The notes beneath the pieces are model-generated. The model was not told the DNA's origin. It did no database searches and saw only the letters and a list, made by a program, of their open reading frames with translations. A stretch of 64,000 bases of DNA from assembly GCF_000143415.4 (NCBI RefSeq), contig NW_003314287.1, positions 1,633,514 to 1,697,513 on the forward strand. The letters are read 5' to 3'. Made by a program: the position numbers and the translations under genes. Origin of the DNA: Selaginella moellendorffii. Lineage: Eukaryota; Plantae; Lycopodiophyta. Of this stretch, positions 23,274 through 35,562 are shown piece after piece; the stretch's first letter is position 1, and every line of letters starts with the position of its first letter.

Positions 23274-25107
23274 TATATATATCTTACTTAATAAATTTAA
23301 ATAAAATAGAAAAAAATTAAAACCCATAATTATATACCACTAACATATTGCATCATACCAACCAAAAGCTTTAAATTAGAGTGATCAAGTAAGGAATATC
23401 AAACTTCTTGTTACCATAATGTATTTTTGCTTATTTAAAGGCTAGAAATATAATTCAAACTAATAGGAATTGTTAAAATATAATCACTGTTCTAGCAGTC
23501 TAGATTAGTCCATCCATGGGGATCACACCCTCAAAAAGTGGGTTTGAAGACCCAAAATACAGGTTTCTCTACAACAGTTGACTTCATTTCTCACCATGTA
23601 AAGGATGTATACCTAGGTTCTCACCTTGTTTTAGTGATTTAACCACCTGCCTAGAGGAACTTAGCTCACTTTCACTCTCCCTCACAAAGAACTTCTAAAG
23701 CCAATTCATATGCTTGAAGTTGTTTTATGTCTAGCAAGAATTTCACAAGCTGCATTGCAAGGGCCTCATCAGGTAAGAGCATTTAGAGATTATGCTCTTG
23801 CCAAGGAACATAACAAACTAAATGATGTGGTTTTTGGATTTCATATGGTTTTTTGTGTGTTAAGTTCAAATTGGTATATAGATATCCATATGGCAAATTT
23901 TGCTATCATTTTAATATATAATTTCAGCAATATGTATAGATTTATATATGTTTTTTAACTCTGACGCACTGATACATGGTTTTTTCACATAATTTGTTAT
24001 AGCCCAGATAATCATATAGATTATAGTTCACTGATACATTATTCTATGTCCAAGCTAGATATTCCATCTATATAATTTTATCTATCCATCTATATAATAC
24101 TTTTTTTTATACATTTTCCTTTATTTGCATAAATCTCAATAATAAAAGCTTAATATAATATCTCTACTATATATAAGCCTATAATAGAAATAATAAAAAT
24201 AATAATTAGTAAAATATATGATGCTTTGATATGAAAGCCCTATGAGCCAGATAGAACTAACATTGGGTGCTGGCCGTGGCCGTAGGATCCTAGCTAACAT
24301 TGGCTGCTGGCTGTGGCTGTGGCTGCAGCCACTGCTGGACATTGCCACTGCCACATGCGCGATGGGGATCTTGGCTGTTATCTCATCCCCCCATTTGGAA
24401 CTATTGGAGGAAGCTTAGCATTTAGGACATTGGCAGTCATCTCTTGCCTCTGTACCACAACATGTTGGAAGCTCAAGGTTGGAAGTATTCACAAACAACA
24501 CTAGCTAGTGCCAGCAGCACTGTCATAGAGGAGCAATCAACCAAGCTCCAGATGTCTTCTTTAGTGCCACCCTGGCCTTCTTCACTGCTACCTTGTCTGT
24601 CCTCAGGGGCGACACATCTGTCGAGTGATTCCTTGCCAACCGGCCAGCGTTGAAAACCAGTAAGATTGTCATTTGGTTTCCATAGAGTTATAGAGTTATA
24701 ATTTAGGTTGATCCATCCATAGTTTGTAAAACTCAGTGAAGACTTATCTCGGACGTGATGATCGGCTGCAGGAGAAACTATTGTCCTTTTGGGAAATATA
24801 CCTACCAGCGCCAGTAGGTCGAAGGAGAATGTGTCCAGGCCCTGTACTGCGCTTTATCTTGTGAGTTCCTGAGTTGATCAAACTCTACTGAGTCCTTCAT
24901 CATGAGTGCCATCATAGCGTTGTGGCTGGAGTCTCATATGAGCGTCGCCGGGAGTGGAATTGAAGATCCTTGGCACTCTGATCTCTTCCTTTCCATGCCG
25001 CCACTGGCCCTGAGAAACTTTTGGCAAGATAATATGTTCACAAGCAATGTTGGCAGGCTTAAAACCAGAAAATGATCTTTTGAACTCCCCAGATTTAAAA
25101 TGTGATA

Positions 25108-25115
25108 AACCCTAG
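25108..25115 (+). promoter_or_regulatory. Telo-box-like motif (AAACCCTA) at the TrpRS 5' end
   Basis: Motif lies immediately before the first ATG. Telo-boxes are typical of plant translation-machinery genes. Confidence 0.55.
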
Positions 25116-26910
25116 ATGTGGAGGATTAGGGCTAGGCAGCTCGCTTGCAGGGCCTTGGAGAAGGAGATGGCGCAGGAGCAAGTGGTGACGCCGTGGGAGG
25201 TGTCGGGCAGCGGAGCTATCGATTATGACAAGCTCATCTCGCAATTTGGATGCGAGAAGCTGGAGCAGCGCCTCATTGACAGGGTCGTCAAGCTCACTGG
25301 CAAAAGAGCACACACGTTTCTTCGTCGCGGCGTCTTCTTTGCTCACAGGTACGTTGTCTAGATTGAAGAGTTGGACAGAGAGCATTTTTCTTCTGCTCCC
25401 AGAGACTTTGAGAAAGTCCTCGATTCTTACGAGAAGGGAGAGAAGTTTTACCTCTATACTGGACGAGGGCCATCGTCAGAAGCTCTTCATCTCGGCCATT
25501 TGATACCATTCATGTTCACAAAGTAGGTGTCGGCATTTTTTTTTTTTTTCCATCGCTTGCTTCTGTAGATATTTGCAGGATGCTTTCAAGGTTCCGCTTG
25601 TCATACAGCTCACAGACGATGAGAAGTGTATGTGGAAGAATCTGAGCGTGGAGGAGACCAAGAGACTTGCACGGGAAAATGCCAAAGACATCATAGCCTG
25701 CGGCTTTGACATAAGCCGGACATTCATTTTCAGTGATTTCCAATATGTCGGTCGGTGAGTCATGTTGCTTCGTTCTAGTTTCGTGGATTGAATCAGCATG
25801 GTGTTTTTCCAGTGGATTCTATGAAAACATGATTACCATCGCCAAGAGTGTGACCTTCAATCAGGTACGAGTCCAGTTTGTCGCTAGTTAAATTTTACTC
25901 AGTAGGAACTTGATGATTCAGGTGAAGGGCATTTTTGGTTTTGATGGCGAGTCTCATATTGGCAAGATTTTCTTCCCAGCTGTTCAGGTACTAAGTCTGC
26001 TCGCGTCTCCTCTCCGCCTAAATCGTACATGTGTACAGGCAGCTCCGTCTTTTCCAACCTCCTTTCCTCATCTATTTGGGACCAAAAGCAAGATCAAATG
26101 CCTCATACCTTGCGCGATTGATCAGGTAAGCTCTTTACTATTCCACTAGTAACTAAGGTTTTTCTTACCGATACAGGACCCATACTTTCGAATGACTCGC
26201 GATGTTGCTCCAAGACTAGGCTACCAAAAGCCTGCCTTGATTGAGTCGAGGTTTTTCCCCGCATTACAGGTGAGTGCTTCTTTTTAAAGCTTATAGCACT
26301 AAGGCGTTCCTCATTTCAGGGAGAGAGTGGCAAAATGTCTGCTAGTGATACGAACTCTGCAATTTACGTGAAGGATACCCAAAAAGAGATCAAGAAAAAG
26401 GTACGAGCAGCGTTAGAGTCTTACGGGTCTGACATGCTTCATAGATCGCGAATTATGCATTATCTGGAGGCGGAGATACGAAGGAGCTACAACGAAAGAA
26501 CGGTGCCAATCTTAAAGTGTGGTGTTTCCGCGTTCTCGATCGGTCTTATATTCTTTATGTTACAGGTCGATATACCATTCAAATACTTGACGTTCTTCTT
26601 GGACGACGACGAGGAGCTCGAGAGAATAAGAGACGCAAGTAATCTCTTTGTTGTTTCAATTTTACTAACATGTTCAGTTTTTACAGGAGTATGGGTCGGG
26701 AAGAATGCTCACTGGAGAGATCAAAAACATACTGAGCGATGTTCTGTGGAAGATGGTTGAGCAGCATCAGCAGGCTCGTTTAGCCGTCACAGAAGAGGTT
26801 TGGAACGTGAAATAGAACACCATGGTTACTAAGTGATGAGGATTGTTATAATGCAGATGGTGGATGCTTTTATGGCTCCAAGAGAAATGCCTTTTATGTT
26901 TGAAAAGTAG
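25116..26910 (+). CDS. TrpRS: Tryptophanyl-tRNA synthetase (eukaryotic cytosolic type), multi-exon
   Basis: [55 protein letters not shown]. In-frame ATGs at 25116 and 25167. Confidence 0.96.
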
Positions 26911-29900
26911 CCCACGGAGCAACAAGCTCTTCAAAGTTTTGGGAGGTAGAGCTGCTCGTCCAATTCCTTTTTCTTTCAGAGAATGAAAAGTGCTTCTTTC
27001 GATCTCATGCATTCCTTCTCAAGCAGGCATAAACCAAAAACCATTGTTACGCTGGACCGTAACTTGGGATGGAGTGAACGGGGTAAGCGGTCTTGATTTA
27101 GAAAACGCTCAAGATGGTCACGCATCGCAGCATAAACATGAGTTGCCAGATTGAGATAGTGTCGCATTGGAACGCATTGATGATGGCTGAGCTCTACCTC
27201 GGGCAAAGGATCCATAGCTGGAATTCTTCCACACTGAGAGCTAGGATCATACGAGAGAGACCAAAATCTTCTAGCCATTCTCGCAGGATACACTACTTTC
27301 TTAAGAAAAGTCAGGATTTCCTCCGGATTTTCTCCGTATCGCGCTCGTACAGGAGACGTGGTTGCATGATGTGGCTTTTCCCTCTGACTGGAAAAGTTCG
27401 TTGGTCAACAAAAGCTGTCGTGTGACCGGGATATTCGATTCAAGTCACTGGGGATATTCGCACACTCTAGAAAGCTCGCCTTCCTTTTCACGCTCAATCA
27501 TTCAGCGTGGCGATAAGACAAGGGGAGGAATGCAAATAAACTTTGAGCTCACAGCGATGCGATGGCATTGAATTGGATTTTGGTGGATTGGACTCGCATT
27601 GAATTGGATCAACGCTGCTTTGAGTCCCACTTTCGCATCCAATCTCTATGAATGTCTCGGAAGAGCATGGAAGTTAAAATGGTTTTTATTACTTTTCTTC
27701 TCACCAAATAGGTAAGGGATTCTTGGAGCAGTGTCATTTTGATGATGGAAAATGATATGTGAAGAAACAGGGAGCACTTGCGTCAAGTCAGGGTCTATAG
27801 TTTGGATGGGGACACTGGGAAGAAAACAAACATTTAACTATTCTTGAGAATAGGATTAGAGAGAAGAGGCTCTTCCTTTCTCAATCTAGTTCGCTCGGAC
27901 AATGCTGGACAAGAAACAAACAGGGACAAAGTGTTGATCCCAGCGAGAGAGAGCGCTCGTCTTCGTCTTTGAAGGCTTCAAAGCTGGTTTCCTTATACCA
28001 TATAAACTGTTGGATCAATTGGGACAATCCAACCGCCAGCAGCAGCAGTAGCGGTGCATCGAGCAAATCCATGGATTTGGGATGCTTTGACTGCGAATTA
28101 AAACTCGGGGCACATAGCACCATCCTTGTGTCGAGCATGGCCACGACAGATCCGTCTATGCAAGTGATTAAACAAATCACCATCCAGCTTTTCTTGTCCC
28201 ACGGGTGCCTGGTTTCAACACAAAACCATTTTCTTAACTTTCAAAACCAAAAGACACAAAGCTAGTTTTGTTTCGCGTGTGAATCCATGAAACCCAATCC
28301 GTCTCGAGCCAGCGACCGAAGACCCAAGAAATTCTAGAAACCAACGTAACAAAAAGGTGGCGAGCTTAGTTAGATAGAGTGGTCCGTACGGCAGCGCGTG
28401 CCGGGCTAGTTCGTACTGCGACGACGCGGCTTCCCCCGGCGAGCAGACGGGAGTCAGACGTGGCAGAGTATCCCGGAAATCTAGCGCGCGGTAGATACTT
28501 GGCACATGCTCATATGCCGTACAAGCGTACTTGACTGACGGGCTGACGGCCCTTGACGGTTGCACTTGCCGGCGAAAGTAAATCTGGGAGCTGGTAAAAG
28601 GTGACGCTAAAGTAACTCTAGCTTGTCAGTTTGCCCTAGAAAACAAACCATTTACATGCAAAAAAGCGGGGGCGTGCTCCTGTAAACTTCTATAAAAATG
28701 TGGGTGACGTTTGTACTTCGCCATTGTCCCAACATGTGGATTCATTGTTGATGCGAGTACGTCTGCAACCAGAGCTAGATCGATCCATCCATCGATCGAT
28801 TCAAAGAACTTGGAAAGAAGGCTCTAAAAATGCATCACCCGGCCCTTCCAGCCTATAAAGACCTGTACCTTTTGTACTCGCTGGTGAATCGCTAGATCGC
28901 AATATGGGGGGCCTGTTTTGCCGAGTTCTTGGGCAGAGCCTCGTGCTACATCTCACCTCAGGCTTTTGATGGAATGGAAGTATCATGCACTTGGGTGTTT
29001 GTGTTTGAGTTGTGCCACTTTCAAGTCTATACACCATACTTTAGGAGAATCAATGAATTTGTATACTCCCCCTTTACTTCTTTCCCCCCTGGAAACACAC
29101 CCAAGTACTCTCGAGTTGCTGGATCCAAATCCAATTGCCCGGGATTTCAAGGTACTTTCATATAACTTTGCCTTTTTCCCCATGGACCACCTTCTCCTTC
29201 CGCCTTCCTGCGTTGAACTCAAAGCTAAAATATTAATCTCGCTAGAATCTTTGGGAGGAGTGTGGTCACAATTTCAGGCTCCAGTCTATGGAGAGTCATG
29301 AAAATTAGAGGTAATGATGGACACTTCCCCGACCACTTCTCAGACTAGATAGAAGAGCTTCGGCTCATGCAGGCAGCAGAACAGATCACGTACAATGTTG
29401 TGCGCAAACTCGGTGGTGAGCGATCAAGGTTGATAATGATTTTGATTGATCAAGGTTATATTTTAATCTTTCACAACTTGCTTGCTAGGATCGAGTGTGG
29501 GTGTGTGTATATTGTATTCAATGTGGATATCATAATTTCTTATTTGGATTTCACGTGAATGATGGATGGCTCCCTAATGCCATGATTCACAAGCGATCCT
29601 CTTTGACTGGTCTTTCAAGCTCACTTTGTTTACACTATTGCAAAAGCTGGTGTGAGAGAACTTTCGGATTGGTTTCTAGAAAGCAGTTTTCATGGAATTT
29701 AATGTTCAGCAAATGAACTCGCGTCGACCACCGTGTCGAAAAACCCTCTCGGTCTGGTATTTGTTTGTTTGATTAAACAAAAACTAATCAGAAACTATAG
29801 CCGCAGTGGCAACAAGAACAACAAAACAACAGAATAATGGATTTTGTATATAATTGGTGAATGATATACACAAAATTCCAATCGCCCACGACTCATATAT

Positions 29901-30948
29901 GCCGTAATAAGGTTAGAAAAAACAGCTTTGGAATGCTTTGACAATAAAAATCTTTCTTGAGGCTCATGCTGTTGCCGGGACGACAAGCTTTGATGTGCCA
30001 TGTCCTGTTATTGAATTCAAACATATTATTCTTCACCGCCCTCGATTAATCAGCTCGGGAATTCTGTCCGCCATGAGCCCTACATGCAGTCATAAATTAT
30101 GGCCTGGCCTGGTTGTTAACTTAAGAACATTCATATAAGAACATGCATGCAACACTTGGTAAATAGAATTTTAACGTGAGACGGGATCCTCGCTGCACTC
30201 AAAGTTCTTGACATCATCCAAAAGGCTGTTCTCCTTGGAAGTCCCGATGGATCAAAGGTGTATATGCGGATTGCCGGGTGGCCAGATCCGATCTAGAAGA
30301 AATTTTGCAATCCGCGGGCGCGTTAGATTTTGTTGCTGGATTGGCATATTGTTCAATGACCACCCTCGTCTTCTTAATTTCACTTTCAAGCAGCAGCAGG
30401 AACAGCAGCAGTAGAAACTTGGCAGGCAAGGAAGAATTGTTATAATCAGCGAGTCAGCTATTACAACAGGGCAAGAACAAGGACATGAGCTTCTTTAGAT
30501 TATCACCTTTGAAAACATGGGATGGCACGTAATTACATTCACGTGCAAAGAGTGTGGCTTGCGATTCTTGAATCCCTCTCGGTGCTTCTTGTATAAAACA
30601 AGAAAGAGAGCCTCTAGGGCCGACAATCCCTCTTACAGGTAGCAAAACAACCATTTTCATAATCCAAAGCGAGCCAAAGCCGAGTCAATTAGTGCGTGCT
30701 TTTGGCAATATTCATCCGAAAGGTGGCGTGCTTGTCTCTCAAGAACCCTAAACTCCTTTTGTCATGTTGCCGGATGATCAAATGTTTCAATGCAATGTAT
30801 CATGAGTGCGGCATTATTTGATGAATACAGTAGGAGCTACGTATTGGGCCAGGTGGGGCGGGCCACAATCCCCCGACCGGCAGACCCCACCGCTCACGTC
30901 ACCTTCCGGTGCCGGAGCTCCGGTTTCCCGGCCGGGCAGACCCCACTT

Positions 30949-30983
30949 GGGCAGCTCGGGCAGCTCGGGCAGTCCGGGCAGCC
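30949..30983 (+). repeat. Short tandem repeat (GGGCAGCTC) x about 4, upstream of the AP2 gene
   Basis: Seen directly in the sequence. Confidence 0.8.
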
Positions 30984-31263
30984 TCTGTGTGCGGTGTGTT
31001 TTTTGTTCTTGAGATCGTTAGCAGCAGCCCTTCTCTGAAAATACGTCTGTCTTTCCCAGCTCTCGCTTTCGCTCATTGTTGCCTTGTTAGATCCTGGTCG
31101 TGTTATAAGAAATTCCATACCGTCTTAAGGCTTATAATATTTTTCCAATTGCGCTCTATATATCTCCTCCTCGCTGGATCCCAAGTTCTAAAGAGTTAGA
31201 GCTTCCAAGGAAAAGAAAGGAAGCTGTAGATAGAGTTCCAGCTGAAGTTTCTGGGGCGTTTGG

Positions 31264-34200
31264 ATGCAGCAGCATCATAATCACCAGATCACTTGCGCTC
31301 CCAGCTTCTCCCAGCAGATGATGCTGCTTCCATCTCCTCACGGTTTCGGAGTGTTGCAGCTGCAGCACAGGAACGAAGGCAAGTTGCATTTCCACAAGGA
31401 TAATGTATCCGGGAATGAATCATCTCTCTTTTAACTTCGCCTTTGCGCGCGAGTGCTTGCTTGTACATTTTGTTCTTGGAATTTTAGTTCTATCCGGTTG
31501 CTGCTATGGTTTTTATCCTGTTCCTCGTTTCTAATGTGCGTTTTGGTGTTGTTTCTCCAGGATCAAGCACAAGCAGCAGCAGCAACTGCTATGACTCTGC
31601 TCTCTCCCTTCTCGGCGGGGGCCCCCCCGCCGCCGCTGGAAATGTACACTACGACATGGCCCAGATGTTCATCCCAGGCCCCACGACCACCACTTCCACC
31701 TCAACCTCAGCCACCAAGCTCGAGGATTTCATCGGCAGCGGCCCGGCTCTGGATCTCAACGACATCCACGGCTCTTCCGCCACAACCGCGGCACTCCCTT
31801 TGTTCACGGGAGGAGCTGCCGCTGCGTCTAGCCACAACAACGTCATCGGTTTTGGCGGCTTGAGCAGCGGCACTCTCGATCACTGTTTCTCCACCAGCAG
31901 TAGCAGCTGCAGCTTGTTCCCGTTTCCGGAGCCGCAGCAGCAGCAGTGTGGCGGCAGCATGTACAACTTCGGTGCCGTTCACAGCAGCCTGCCATCGTTG
32001 CACCACGCTGCTTTCGAGTTCCAGCAACAGCAACAACAAATGCCACAGGCGGGAAACTTTGAAGATCAGAGAATTGAATTGTCACCACCGCCGCCACTGC
32101 CACCGCCGCCGCACTACAGCCACGATCACCACCAGTTTCAGCAGACTCCAGGATCCGTGAACTTTTTCAATCTCAGCAATGCGAGTTCTCTGAGGAGCCC
32201 GTGGGCCGCGGAGCATCAGAGTGACGCCACCAGCCTCTCGCCGCCGGCTACGGCCCTGGAGATGGTTAGCAGCAGAGACTTTTTTCATGGCGACAAGGCT
32301 TCGCTTCCAATGGCCAAGACCATCGACCACTTACGTGAATTCCAGGATGCTGCCCAGCAGCAGCAGCAGACGAGTCGGGCGCACCTGCAAGTCGAGCCAC
32401 TCAACGCGGAGATCCTTGTCGAGTCGGATCAAAGCCTCTACAACGCCCTGCAAATGCCTGGCAGAGGAGCTCCTCACGTCGAGGAAGATCACCATGAACA
32501 AGAGCAGAGTCACGGTGGCGGTGCCAAGAGATCCAAAGAATTGTCTGTCGATCATAGTAATTGCTGCGACGACAACGACCTTGTCCGATCGGATCACGGC
32601 AAACGATCGGCTCCCCCAGGTGATTTGTACGAGCTCTCCTCAAAGAAGTCAGCGGCAGCAGCGGTGGACGCAAGTGGACAGCGTACATCCAAATACCGCG
32701 GAGTTACGAGGTTCGCGTTTTTAAATTGTCTCGCAAGTTTGTTCTAACTTGTCCCTCTTGTTCTTGATTGTTCTTGTTCCAGACATCGCTGGACTCGTCG
32801 TTACGAGGCCCATCTCTGGGACAACAGCTACAAGCAACCGGGGAGAGATCGGAAAGGAAGACAAGGTATTCTTTTCTTTTCATGCTCCTTGGCACTGTTT
32901 TTACCTTCGTAATAATTCCTACTCGCGAGCTAACTCTTTGGCATTTGTGTGGCTTTTGTCTCCGGATGGGATCTTCTGGGTGGAGCTCCTGCAGTGTATC
33001 TAGGTACAGTCTCTAAACTATCCACGCATTGCGTGCGCCCATTAGTTTACGCTTTGTTTTCGCTCTTGCATTATACGAGTTTTTCATTGTCTAGTCGACA
33101 GGCATGCTCTCTTTCGCTCTCGGCTTGGCTTTGTAGGAAATTGTTTCCGCTACTGTAGAGTTTCTGACTTTGTGTCTGGTTCAAACTAGGGAGACTGTAG
33201 CTCTTAGTGTCTTGTGTGTGTGGTGTGCTAGCGTACGATGGCATCTGCAAGCCAGTTTTTTTCTCAAGTGGATTGTTTTGAGCTGTTTATCTAAAAGAAC
33301 GCTTTGGAATTGGCACCAGGTGGTTATGACAGTGAGGAGAATGCAGCCAGGGCATATGATCTAGCAGCTCTCAAGTACTGGGGACCCAACACTATTATCA
33401 ACTTTCCTGTAAGATTTCGTGGGGAGGTCGCCAATGTCGACTGCTCACCAGACCCCTTGACCATCTCCTTGACTAAACTTTTTCTCTTCTTTTCCAGCTT
33501 GGAAACTACACCAAAGAGCTCGAGGAGATGAAGCACAACACAAGGCAAGAGTACGTCGCGGCCATAAGAAGGTTGGCGGGCTTTATACGTCTTGGTTTGT
33601 TTATTGGATGGCTCTCTTTAAGGTTGCGTCGTCTCTATCAGGAAAAGCGATGGCTTCTCTCGAGGGACTTCGGTTTTCCGGGGTGTTACGAGACACCACC
33701 AGCATGGACGATGGCAAGCGCGGATTGGACGTGTGGCTGGTCACAAGGATTTGTACTTGGGGACATTTGGTACGCTGTCCAACAGTAGAGAAAACTTTGA
33801 CATGTAGCTTTTGCTTTACGACCCATCTTTGATGTGATCTCTGGATAGGCACTGAAGAAGAAGCCGCTGAGGCGTATGACCGGGCTGCTATCAAGTACCG
33901 CGGTCTCAAGGCGATCACAAACTTTGAGATAAGTCGCTATATCAAAGTTCCAAAGGAGGACGAGAATGGGAACCAAGTTTTGGAGCAAGGGCTCCAAATG
34001 GTGAAGCAAACTCCCGATTGGCAGAACTTCTTCCAGATTATCTATCAGCCAAACCAGGCTCTCTGGCTCCAGCAGAATCAGCACTATGCAAACAGCCAAG
34101 GTTAGATCTTTCAACATCTGTAGATAAAGTTTCTAAACTTCTTTTTCATTGCAGAAACATCTGACCAGTCCGTGATCACATCAAATCCCAGCGACACCAA

Positions 34201-34414
34201 CGAGTGCTCGGATCGATCGTATAATTACTCTCACTTTCAAGGAGACCATGTTGGAGGAGTCCATAGCATCCACCAAAACAAGGATCAAGTGTTCCAGTTT
34301 TGCTCTCCACAAGCTAGTGAAGCTGCGATTCCATTCCAGCTCCAGAAACCGAGCTATGGAAGCGGCAGCAACAATCAAGTGCCAATCTTCACAGGCTGGA
34401 ACGAACTGAGCTGA
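31264..34414 (+). CDS. AIL: euANT/AINTEGUMENTA-like (AIL/PLT/BBM clade) double-AP2 transcription factor
   Basis: euANT motif KLEDFIG; R1 [28 protein letters not shown]; R2 [21 protein letters not shown]. 9-nt micro-exon at 32995-33003 and a GC-AG first intron at 31379-31560. Confidence 0.95.
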
Positions 34415-35562
34415 AAAGAAAAATTTCTCGAGTGAGACTTTCCCTTGTAAAAAGAATTATATATACACCACTAGGTACTTACCGCAATACTTTATCGTAG
34501 CTCTGTGGAGCTACAACAATTTTGGTACATTATAAAACTACTCAAGAGGCAGTATCAATTCAAGCATATAAACAACGAAACAAACGAATAGATTGTGCGT
34601 ACTTGTTTGCGAGAACTTTTCAGGAGCTCAAAGTGCAGCCAATGAACATGCGCCATCGTCCAGGACGGGCGTACGTATAGAATAAAGTAGAAACAAAGTA
34701 TAAATACTTTGAGTCATGCATCTAAGATCGAGATTCTAGAAGTTGCAGCAGCTATATGGTAAAATACTAGAAGGCTATGTGGTAGCAGTGTAGCACAGAG
34801 GTAATCTACTGTAAAGATCACCTTTCTTTTCCCTTTGAAATTCCTTCCCATATATTCCACCACCCCCATGCGCGATCTTGTTAGCAGTACTTCGTAATCC
34901 ACCAAGTTGCCAGGCAGGGGCAAATGCTGCAAAGCAAGTAAGCCATGCCCGAGAGAGCAAAGCAAGAGAACAAAAAAAGATGGAAGGAAGAAAGGTGCGA
35001 GAGAGAGACACGCAAAAACAAGCCCAGAATCCGAGACAACCACCAAACTTCTGGCAAGCAAGTCTGGACTCTGGAGGGCGACTGGCATTCAATGCAAGAG
35101 TGTGTCTACCCCTTCTCTCATCTCTCTTTCTTTTCCTTCCAATCCCTTCAAAGAAATCCTCCTCAACTGCGGGTGGCGAATTTTATAATGGAAACATCAA
35201 TTCCTCAGAGTTAATGAAAGAACACGAGCGCTGAGCTGATGGCAGGCGGACGAGCAAGAATCGTGGCGTGAGCCCCCCGATGTGAAGAAGGATATAAAAA
35301 TAGTATCCACACACGATAAGGAGCTTTAATGGGATGGCTGGTTTTGAAAACTACGGAAGAATGGCGGCTAGCACAGCCAGCAGTAGCGAGAACGAAGACT
35401 CGTCTTGCTTGCTAGCAACGAGAAAACCAAGGAGAAAGACATTGTTGTCTGATATGTTTGGAGTTCACTGCACGGATACAAAGGTGGTGGTGGGTCTCGA
35501 AAGCAAAGATGCCGATAAAATCTTTGGTGGCTGCGGAGAAAGAGTAGCGATCAGAGAAGAAC

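Noticed and set aside
24735-24872. C-box/D-box-like words (GTGATGA...CTGA)
   Set aside because: No terminal stem or recognisable rRNA guide.
26976-28183. Minus-strand fragments vaguely like a decayed F-box gene
   Set aside because: No convincing motif; frames are broken.
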